A stretch of DNA of 27,211 nucleotides, taken from the NCBI GenBank assembly GCA_041742355.1, contig JBGSIV010000025.1, forward strand, positions 1 through 27,211, in the 5' to 3' direction. Shown here piece by piece: positions 18,031-24,893 of the stretch. The notes below the pieces were generated by a model that saw only the letters and a program-made list of their open reading frames with translations, did no database searches and was not told where the DNA came from. Origin of the DNA: Candidatus Zixiibacteriota bacterium (GTDB taxonomy: Bacteria > Zixibacteria > MSB-5A5 > GN15 > FEB-12). Each line of letters opens with the position of its first letter. Position 1 is the first letter of the stretch. The position numbers and the translations under genes were made by a program.

Positions 18031-20538
18031 TTGGGGGTGTGTGTGCCTTCACCCTTGGTGACGATCGGCATTACCTGCTACAATGACGCGCGATATGTCA
18101 CGCGTTGTCTTGAATCGGTCTTCGCACAAACTCATGATAATCTTGAAGTCATCGTTGTGGACGATTGCTCCACGGACGACAGTGTTGCCCACATTCAAAA
18201 GTATGGCGATCGGGTACGCCTGATCGAGCATGTTCGGAATTCGGGCGGATACATGACGGGGCGCAAAGAAGTGATCGCAGCGGCGACGGGGGAGTACGTG
18301 TGTCACCTCGATGCGGATGATTTCCTGCAGCCTGATTTTGTCGAGAGGCATGTCGCGGCGTTTGCGGCCGATCAGCAGCTGGACTGGGTGGCGGGGAATC
18401 TGATCATTGTCGACGCTGAGGGAAAGCAGACAGATCGCTGGGACTACCGGGACTTTCCCACGGATCCCCTCAATGGGTTGCGACGGGGGTTCCTTACCGC
18501 GTCGGTGCCGGTGCCGAAGAACGGGTTGTTTTCGCTGCGGTTCCTGCGGGAGAACGGGCTTGATTGGTACCAGTTGCCGCGGACGGCGAACGGGTCGGAT
18601 GCGTTCACGTGCGTAAAGTACCTTGAGTGCAATCCGAAGATCAGCCTCATTCCCTACTACGGTTTGAACTACCGGATCCATGGGACCAACCGGTGCGGCA
18701 ACCCGGTCGAGCGGATAAAAATGACGGTGGATTTGAAGGAGTACTACGTCGAACGGTACAGCATCATGGTGTACCTGCCGCATCCGGATCTCCTCCGGCA
18801 CCAATTCGGGAGCGAGGAGTACCTGGCGGTGAAGTACTACCTGCTGGCGGTGGAGTTTTACCGGACGATGCGGGAGTTCCGTGTGCCGGAGCAGTTCCGG
18901 TCGCCGCGGACGGACCGTGAGATTCAGGCGAATCTGGGGCTGTTTCATGAGCCGATCGTGAGGTATGCGGAACGGTCGCTGTCCAATTCGGGACGGTACG
19001 AGCGAGAGCTGACGGCGGTTCTTCTGGCGATCGGCCACAGTCCGTCGGGGCGCAAGGCGCCGTCGGTTCAGGGGAAGCCCGTCACGGAGGAAGGCGGGAA
19101 TCGGGTGCCGGATTGGCAGCGGGTGGTGTCGGAAGCACCGATGTCCCTGGAGGCGCATAACGGCCTGGCGGAGGCTCACTATCAGGCCGGGGAACTGGAG
19201 CAGGCGCAGAGGCATGCCTCGGCGGCGATGCAGATTGCGCCGCATGATCCGCATACGCTCAACACGGCGGGGGTGGTAGCGTTCTCTTCGGGAATGCATG
19301 CCGAGGCGGAAGTTTTGTTCAAACGGGCGCTGGCCGGGGATCCGGAGTTTGCCGACGCGCGATACAATCTGTGCGAATTGTGGGGACAGGTGCTGCACCG
19401 GTTCGTGCCGGATGCGCAGCGACGCCGGGATTTGCTCAAGGCAGTGCGGTGGTTGTCGGAGTACGCGCCGGATCCATCGCGTTTGGCCCTGCTGCGGGAG
19501 AGTACGCAGCTTCGGGAAGACCTCCTGGCCGCATACAAGAACCGCTGGCAGCGGATGGGGCTTCGGGTGCTGCTGCACAGGCCGTCGAATGGCGCGCTGA
19601 AGTACCTGATGGACAGCTGGGCCGAGGTGCTCACCTACGCCGGGGTGCAGACGCGTCTGATCAACTGGGGAGAACGGACCGCGCCGGTATTCGAGCAGTT
19701 CCGCCCGGATGTGTTTCTGACGGTGGCGGATCCGAACTACATGGCGCAGCTGGATTACGAATACATTATGCAGTATCGAAAGAACACGGGCCTGCTCATC
19801 GGGCATATAACGACGTTCGAGCACGAGTTTCCGTCCTGCGATTTCCTCGTGACGTTCCACTTCGATCCGAGCCGGAATGCGAGGATGCAGGTGACCGAGA
19901 CGCCGCTCGTGTCGCTGCCGTTTGCGGCCAATCCGCTGCAGCACTACATGCGGCCGGGCGTGGAAGTGTGGGACTACTTCTTCGTGGGGACCAATTCGCC
20001 GCGCAAGGTGGCGTGCACGAAGGCGTACCTGCTGCCGCTCGTGCGGCGGTATTCGGGCGTGCTGGCGGGGGCGAACTGGGATATGGGGCTGGGAGAGCTT
20101 TCGGTGCAGGAAGCGGCGGTGCTGTACAATTTCGCGCGGATCTACCCGAATTACAGCACGCCCAGGCATTTCGATGAGTACAACGAAGTCAACGAACGGA
20201 CGTTCATCATACCGGCCTGCGGTGGATTCGAACTAATGGATAATCCGGTGGCGATAAGGGAGCTATTCACCGGGGAAGAACTGGCGATCGCCGATTCCCC
20301 CGCGCAGTACCGTGAGATGTTCGATCACTACCTTCGCCATCCCGAGGAGCGGCTGCCAATAGTGCGGGCAGGAATGCGCCGGGTGTACCGGGAGTACACG
20401 CTGTTCCACGTGCTGGAGCGGCTGGTATCGCAGATAGGCAGTCTTCGCACGCAGGGTGAGCCGGCACCGGTGTGGCAGAATGAGCCGGTGATGACGGCCC
20501 GGAGCCGGGGGATTACCTGGGCTGACCGCTTCATTTAG
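18031..20538 (+). CDS. Multidomain glycosyltransferase: GT2 + TPR + CgeB-like (Glyco_trans_1_2) domain
   Basis: LVTIGITCYN, LEVIVVDDCSTD and LDADD (GT2); central TPR helices; FFVGTN, VNERTF.IPACGGF.L.D and HTY/YTL-like end (CgeB-like). Exact start uncertain (18031-18043). Confidence 0.85.
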   Translation: MGVCVPSPLVTIGITCYNDARYVTRCLESVFAQTHDNLEVIVVDDCSTDDSVAHIQKYGDRVRLIEHVRNSGGYMTGRKEVIAAATGEYVCHLDADDFLQPDFVERHVAAFAADQQLDWVAGNLIIVDAEGKQTDRWDYRDFPTDPLNGLRRGFLTASVPVPKNGLFSLRFLRENGLDWYQLPRTANGSDAFTCVKYLECNPKISLIPYYGLNYRIHGTNRCGNPVERIKMTVDLKEYYVERYSIMVYLPHPDLLRHQFGSEEYLAVKYYLLAVEFYRTMREFRVPEQFRSPRTDREIQANLGLFHEPIVRYAERSLSNSGRYERELTAVLLAIGHSPSGRKAPSVQGKPVTEEGGNRVPDWQRVVSEAPMSLEAHNGLAEAHYQAGELEQAQRHASAAMQIAPHDPHTLNTAGVVAFSSGMHAEAEVLFKRALAGDPEFADARYNLCELWGQVLHRFVPDAQRRRDLLKAVRWLSEYAPDPSRLALLRESTQLREDLLAAYKNRWQRMGLRVLLHRPSNGALKYLMDSWAEVLTYAGVQTRLINWGERTAPVFEQFRPDVFLTVADPNYMAQLDYEYIMQYRKNTGLLIGHITTFEHEFPSCDFLVTFHFDPSRNARMQVTETPLVSLPFAANPLQHYMRPGVEVWDYFFVGTNSPRKVACTKAYLLPLVRRYSGVLAGANWDMGLGELSVQEAAVLYNFARIYPNYSTPRHFDEYNEVNERTFIIPACGGFELMDNPVAIRELFTGEELAIADSPAQYREMFDHYLRHPEERLPIVRAGMRRVYREYTLFHVLERLVSQIGSLRTQGEPAPVWQNEPVMTARSRGITWADRFI

Positions 20539-21280
20539 TCGCGACGATGACCAACCGGCTGGCTTTGAGGTCGCACGGCGCGCCATCGAGGGTGCCGAAG
20601 GCATGTACTTCGGAGAATCCGGCTTCGCGGAGTAAGTCGCCGAGGTCGGCGGCGCCGTAGAGCCGGAGGTTGAACTCCCACTCGTAGCGTTCCGAGCCGC
20701 GGATGATTATCCAACGGTTGTGAATTCGTGTGAATGAGTCAATCAACTCTCGTTCGTCCAGGACGAGCAGTCCGCCGCTTTCCATCCAATCACGAGCCTG
20801 AAATTCACGCAGCAGCCACTCCCGGTGGATCGTGTCGATCAGTAGGCGTCCGCCCGGTTTTAGAGAAGCGTGGAGGTTACGCAGGACGGTGAGGTCGTCG
20901 TCGGGATCGTCAAAATAGCCGAAGGACGTAAACATATTGATGGCGGCGTCGAAGGTGTTCGGGCGGCAAAACGCGCGCATGTCGGATTGGACGATGTCGA
21001 TGGCGAGGGAGGCTCCGGAGGCGTGGGTGCGCAATTCGTCGAGGAGCGGGACAGTCCGGTCGACGGCGGTGACGCGGAAACCATGCTGCGCGAGGGGCAG
21101 GGCGAAGCGCCCGGGGCCGCAGCAGAGATCGAGGACGGCGGCGGGAGGATCAATGTTGAGGAGCGAACGCAGCTTTTCGATGCTGCTGGCGGCGACATCC
21201 CACCGTTCGGGCGCGAACATGAAGGGGCGGGTGATCTCCCAGAACGCCACGTCTTCGAACCAATCCTTAGTCTCGCCCAT
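20531..21280 (-). CDS. Class I SAM-dependent methyltransferase (paralog 2)
   Basis: AGGAG RBS and ATG 21280; VLDLCCGPGR, DMR.F and TSFGYF; 249 aa. Confidence 0.92.
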   Translation of the reverse strand: MGETKDWFEDVAFWEITRPFMFAPERWDVAASSIEKLRSLLNIDPPAAVLDLCCGPGRFALPLAQHGFRVTAVDRTVPLLDELRTHASGASLAIDIVQSDMRAFCRPNTFDAAINMFTSFGYFDDPDDDLTVLRNLHASLKPGGRLLIDTIHREWLLREFQARDWMESGGLLVLDERELIDSFTRIHNRWIIIRGSERYEWEFNLRLYGAADLGDLLREAGFSEVHAFGTLDGAPCDLKASRLVIVATK

Positions 21281-21324
21281 ATGGTCTCCTAAGTCTATAT
21301 GGTTTTGGTCAGGCCCCAGCTGCG

Positions 21325-22074
21325 TTACTTCGTTGCGACGACGTACAGGCGACTGAACTTGAGATCGCACGGCGCACCGTCGAGGTTGCCCATTGCCGTG
21401 GCCTCGGAGAACCCGACGTTCCGGAGCAGCGCACACAGATCCCCTGCGCCGTAGAGCCTTAAGTCGAATTCCCATTCACGTCTCATTTGGCCGGAGATAA
21501 GGATCCAGTGGTTGTGAAGCCGGGAGAACGAGTCGATGAACTTGCGATCACACAGCAGGAACCGATCGTCGCGCTGGTGCCAATCGCGGGCCTGGAACGT
21601 GTGTATGAGCCATTCGCGGGGGGTTATCTCCATGAGCAACCGTCCACCTGATTTGAGAGAAGCGAAGAGATTTTGCAGGACCTTGATGTCGTCCTGGGGA
21701 TTATCGAAATAGCCAAAGGACGTCAGCATATTGAGAGCGACATCGAAAGCGCAGGGACGGCAGAAGTCGCGCATGTCAGATTCGACGATTTCGATGTCCA
21801 GCGCGGCATCTGTGGCGCGCGTCCGCAGTTCACTCAGGAAGCACCGGGTGCGGTCGACGGCGGTGACGCGATAGCCCTCTGCGGCGAGGGGAATGGCGTA
21901 GCGGCCCGGACCGCAGCACAGGTCGAGGATCGCGGTGGACGGGTCGAGTCTAAGGAGGGTGCGGAGCTTGTCGATGTTGCTGGTGGCCGCTTCCCACAAT
22001 TCCGGAGTGAATAGTATGGGTTGGGTCAATTCCCAGAGGGATTCGTCCTGGAACCATTCTTGAGATTCGGACAT
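21325..22074 (-). CDS. Class I SAM-dependent methyltransferase (paralog 1)
   Basis: AAGGGAG RBS; ILDLCCGPGR and TSFGYF; 249 aa, about 62% identical to paralog 2 by hand count. Confidence 0.92.
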   Translation of the reverse strand: MSESQEWFQDESLWELTQPILFTPELWEAATSNIDKLRTLLRLDPSTAILDLCCGPGRYAIPLAAEGYRVTAVDRTRCFLSELRTRATDAALDIEIVESDMRDFCRPCAFDVALNMLTSFGYFDNPQDDIKVLQNLFASLKSGGRLLMEITPREWLIHTFQARDWHQRDDRFLLCDRKFIDSFSRLHNHWILISGQMRREWEFDLRLYGAGDLCALLRNVGFSEATAMGNLDGAPCDLKFSRLYVVATK

Positions 22075-22113
22075 GAGATCTCCCTTCTGCCTGCGATTGG
22101 GGCGGTGGGCCGG

Positions 22114-23160
22114 TCAGTTACCGCTGTCGCCACAATCTACGCGGACATGGGGGACGAACGCAAGGCAATTGGGGAAGGAGGCGTTGAGGTTGCCGGTCGT
22201 GGCAAAAGCGACGCCGCGGCAGGCGCCGTGGCAATTGGCGAGGTTCTCGCAGTCGCGGCATTGTCCCTCGATTTGGTGGCATGAGTACTCGGCGACGGCC
22301 ATCATAGCCGGATCGTTCCAGATCTCCTCAATGGAGCGCTCGTTCACGTTGCCGACGCGGAAGCCGGGGCCCATGGGGGCAGTGCAGGGGTAGACGTCGC
22401 CGGTGCCGGTGATATAGAGCTGACGGATGCCGGCGATGCATTCGTGAAAGTCGTAGGAAGGTGGGAGGGGGCCGAAGGCGGGGTCGAAGAGGATCATGGG
22501 GGATTCGATATCGAGGCACTCTTCGATGAAGGCTTTGAGTTCGGGCATGCGGCCGTCGAACTGGAGGCGGGCGCGAACCTCGTCGTTGTCGCCGAAGCCC
22601 CACGGGACGAAGCCGCAGAAGCGGACGGATTTAGCACCATAGGAGCGGGCCAGCTCGATGAATGGCCGGGCATCGGGGAGGGTCGCGGCGCCGAGGAGCA
22701 TGGCCAGGTGGAGAGGGATGTCGCAGGAGCGGGTGGCCTCGATGCCCTGGATTACGAGGTCGAATTCGCGGGGGCTGCCGCCCCGGATGAGTTTGAAGAG
22801 TTCGGGGGTGGTGGCGTCGAGGCTGATTTGGATGGCTCTGATGCCGGCCTTTTTCAGGCTTTCGGCACGGCTCCGGGTGAGCGGGATGCCGTTGGTGGTA
22901 ATAGCCGATTGAATACCGCGATCGAGGGCATACGAGATGAGGTGGTCGAGGTCTTTGCGCAGGAGGGGTTCGCCGCCGGTCCAGCCGATGCGTTCGGCGC
23001 CCAGTTGGGCAAGAGAGTCGATGATGCGCTCGCAGGCGGCAGTGGACAGCTCGCCCCGGTTGACCTTCCCCGCGGAGCTGAAGCAGTGCGGGCAGGAGAG
23101 GTTGCAGCGGTCGGTGATGCCCCAGCCAACGAGGGCGGGTTTACGGTCGGTCAGGTCCAT
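22114..23160 (-). CDS. Radical SAM/SPASM protein without N-terminal extension (PqqE/NirJ/MftC-like architecture)
   Basis: W.IT.RCNLSCPHC, TGGEPLLR, TTNG and QISLD. SPASM C.AG...YI...GDVYPC ... CRDC....CHGACR...C. Start at ATG 23160, or GTG 23196 inside the hairpin. Confidence 0.92.
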   Translation of the reverse strand: MDLTDRKPALVGWGITDRCNLSCPHCFSSAGKVNRGELSTAACERIIDSLAQLGAERIGWTGGEPLLRKDLDHLISYALDRGIQSAITTNGIPLTRSRAESLKKAGIRAIQISLDATTPELFKLIRGGSPREFDLVIQGIEATRSCDIPLHLAMLLGAATLPDARPFIELARSYGAKSVRFCGFVPWGFGDNDEVRARLQFDGRMPELKAFIEECLDIESPMILFDPAFGPLPPSYDFHECIAGIRQLYITGTGDVYPCTAPMGPGFRVGNVNERSIEEIWNDPAMMAVAEYSCHQIEGQCRDCENLANCHGACRGVAFATTGNLNASFPNCLAFVPHVRVDCGDSGN

Positions 23161-23187
23161 ATGTGTGCGGGAGGCTTTCAGGAGTAT

Positions 23188-23222
23188 GCTGCACACCGGG
23201 TGTATTCCGCCCGGTGTGCAGC
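23188..23222 (-). promoter_or_regulatory. Strong stem-loop downstream of the precursor peptide gene
   Basis: Perfect 13-bp GCTGCACACCGGG/CCCGGTGTGCAGC stem with no U-tract. Confidence 0.8.
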
Positions 23223-23241
23223 GATAGTCATATCATTCGGC

Positions 23242-23328
23242 TCACCACGGCGGCAGAATGTAGTACAACATCTTGTAACACGGACACGGCTTGTTACGCT
23301 GGTCTTGTGGCTTCTCGATGAACTTCAT
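23242..23328 (-). CDS. Putative RiPP precursor peptide, 28 aa: MKFIEKPQDQRNKPCPCYKMLYYILPPW
   Basis: Perfect GGAGGTGA SD; ATGA overlap with the stop of the upstream radical SAM gene; charged leader plus Cys/Tyr/Trp-rich C-terminus. Confidence 0.85.
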   Translation of the reverse strand: MKFIEKPQDQRNKPCPCYKMLYYILPPW

Positions 23329-24653
23329 GGATTCACCTCCTTTCGGTTCTCTAAGAGATACCGTAGTTTCAACATGTCTCCCAGATTGTATTTCCAGGAG
23401 TTGCACGATCCTGTGAGGTTCGAATTTTTCTTTATGCCCTGGATGGGACAGCCGCCCATGCAGAGCGGGAGTACGTCGCAGCCGATGCAACCGGGTTTAT
23501 CGAACGCGTCCCATGCCATGTAGCGGTCGAGATTGGCCTGCTGGCGCGAGGTGATTTGATCGGAATGCAGGCTGCCGACGGACTTATCGGGATTCAGCGA
23601 AAGCTCTTCCCAGCACTTGAAGAGGAGTCCGTTGGGGGCGACAACCCAGGCGTTGGCGGAGTCGGCGCCACAGTGGCCGGCGGGGGCCAGCGTGGGGTAG
23701 TCGATGCAGTTATGACCGGAATCGAGCAGGGCCTGATAGAGGGAGACCTGGGCCGAGGCGAACTGTTCGCCGGAGAAACATCGACCGACGATGTCGGCGC
23801 AGACGCCGTCGGTCCCCATGACCGGGGCGAAGTAGACGCCCAGTCGGGAGAGGAGGCCGGCGCGGTCGAGTTCGGCCATGACATCACCCGCCTGGGAGAG
23901 GCTGTCGTGGTCGACGTTGATGCGGACGGTGATGTGCAGGAAGTCAACGGCCTCGCGCAGGTTATCGATGATCCGGTGGAAGGTCCCTTCGCCGTTGCGA
24001 AGGGGGCGGCGCTGGTCGTGAATGGCCGGCGGGCCGTCGAGGGTCACCTGGGTATCGACGATTCCGACTGAAGCGAGCTGCTCCGCGGCTTTTCGATCGA
24101 GGCAGTAGCCATTTGTTACGATGCCGGTCGGGTCCATCTTAACACCCTGGGCGGAGGCGAACTCGGCCAGGCGCCGCTGGATGCGGAGCACAGTCGGGAG
24201 GCACAGGGTGGGTTCGCCGCCGAACCACGTAACCATGAGTCCGGAAGCCCCGATCAGCCGTTTCTGGGCGAAGTCGAGGAGGGCCCGTTCGGTGTCGGCA
24301 TCCATGGATTTGCCGCCGGTGTTTTCGTAGCAGTAGCGGCAGGCGAAATTGCAGGCGAGGGTGGGCGCGATCGTCAGAAACAACGGGGCGTCGTGAAAGC
24401 GGCGCAGCCGGTTCTGGGCTTTCATCTGTACCAGTTCCTCGGCTTCATCCGCAATGAGGAATTTGCCGTAAGTCAGGCCCTCGACATATTCCTTTTCGGT
24501 TGCGTTGGCGGCGGATTCGGGGTGGTCGAGGAGGCGCCGGATGACAGGGATTTGGTCGCAGTCGATTTCGACGAGCGCTGCGCTCCGGCTATTGAACAGG
24601 AGGCGGCTCGAAGTTGGCAGATCAACCCACCGGTTGTAGCGCGATGCTTTCAT
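23325..24653 (-). CDS. Radical SAM/SPASM peptide maturase with N-terminal RRE-like extension
   Basis: MKASRYN....LLFNSRS N-terminal domain of ~90 aa; CNFACRYC, WFGGEP, VTNG, QVTLDG...H...R and RINVD; SPASM CGA...NG.LFKCW ... CIGC..LPLCMGGCP...C. Confidence 0.93.
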   Translation of the reverse strand: MKASRYNRWVDLPTSSRLLFNSRSAALVEIDCDQIPVIRRLLDHPESAANATEKEYVEGLTYGKFLIADEAEELVQMKAQNRLRRFHDAPLFLTIAPTLACNFACRYCYENTGGKSMDADTERALLDFAQKRLIGASGLMVTWFGGEPTLCLPTVLRIQRRLAEFASAQGVKMDPTGIVTNGYCLDRKAAEQLASVGIVDTQVTLDGPPAIHDQRRPLRNGEGTFHRIIDNLREAVDFLHITVRINVDHDSLSQAGDVMAELDRAGLLSRLGVYFAPVMGTDGVCADIVGRCFSGEQFASAQVSLYQALLDSGHNCIDYPTLAPAGHCGADSANAWVVAPNGLLFKCWEELSLNPDKSVGSLHSDQITSRQQANLDRYMAWDAFDKPGCIGCDVLPLCMGGCPIQGIKKNSNLTGSCNSWKYNLGDMLKLRYLLENRKEVNP

Positions 24654-24748
24654 GTGGCGGTTCCAGTTCACCCATCTCAGAGATGCACCGGAAGGTGATC
24701 TCTCAGCCCGCAACGTCGATCTCCCGGGGTAGGACGATCAACATTGCC

Positions 24749-24777
24749 AATATGGAGAGATCGAGGCGGTGAGTCAA
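24749..24777 (-). promoter_or_regulatory. sigma70-like promoter of the radical SAM operon
   Basis: TTGACT-N17-CATATT, about 95 nt upstream of ATG 24653. Confidence 0.6.
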
Positions 24778-24833
24778 GGAGAATTCGGTCGACAAAGAGT
24801 GTGCGATGGAAATGAGTTGGACGGGCGGGCGTG

Positions 24834-24865
24834 AAAGAAGGGCAGGATCCGCAGGGATCCTGCCC
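24834..24865 (-). terminator. Intrinsic terminator of the S9 peptidase gene
   Basis: GGGCAGGATCC-CTGC-GGATCCTGCCC followed by TTCTTT. Confidence 0.8.
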
Positions 24866-24893
24866 GAGAGAGAAATCTGGTCGCAGACGAGGT

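Noticed and set aside
18049..20169. Long antisense ORFs (also 701-1858, 5244-6272, 13458-14477, 16847-17815, 22444-23523, 24831-26216)
   Set aside because: Shadow frames of motif-bearing genes in GC-rich DNA; R/H/P-rich or G/V/D-rich with no recognisable motifs.
21281..21475. N-terminal extension of methyltransferase paralog 2
   Set aside because: Overlaps paralog 1. The RBS and the ungapped paralog alignment give start 21280.
23242..23490. 82-aa ORF-track version of the peptide gene
   Set aside because: Overlaps rSAM1 by more than 160 nt. The perfect SD and ATGA coupling place the start at 23328.
24673..24712. Glycine-riboswitch-like words (CACCGGAAGG...CTCTCAG)
   Set aside because: On the strand opposite the downstream gene, too short, and explained by a simple hairpin.
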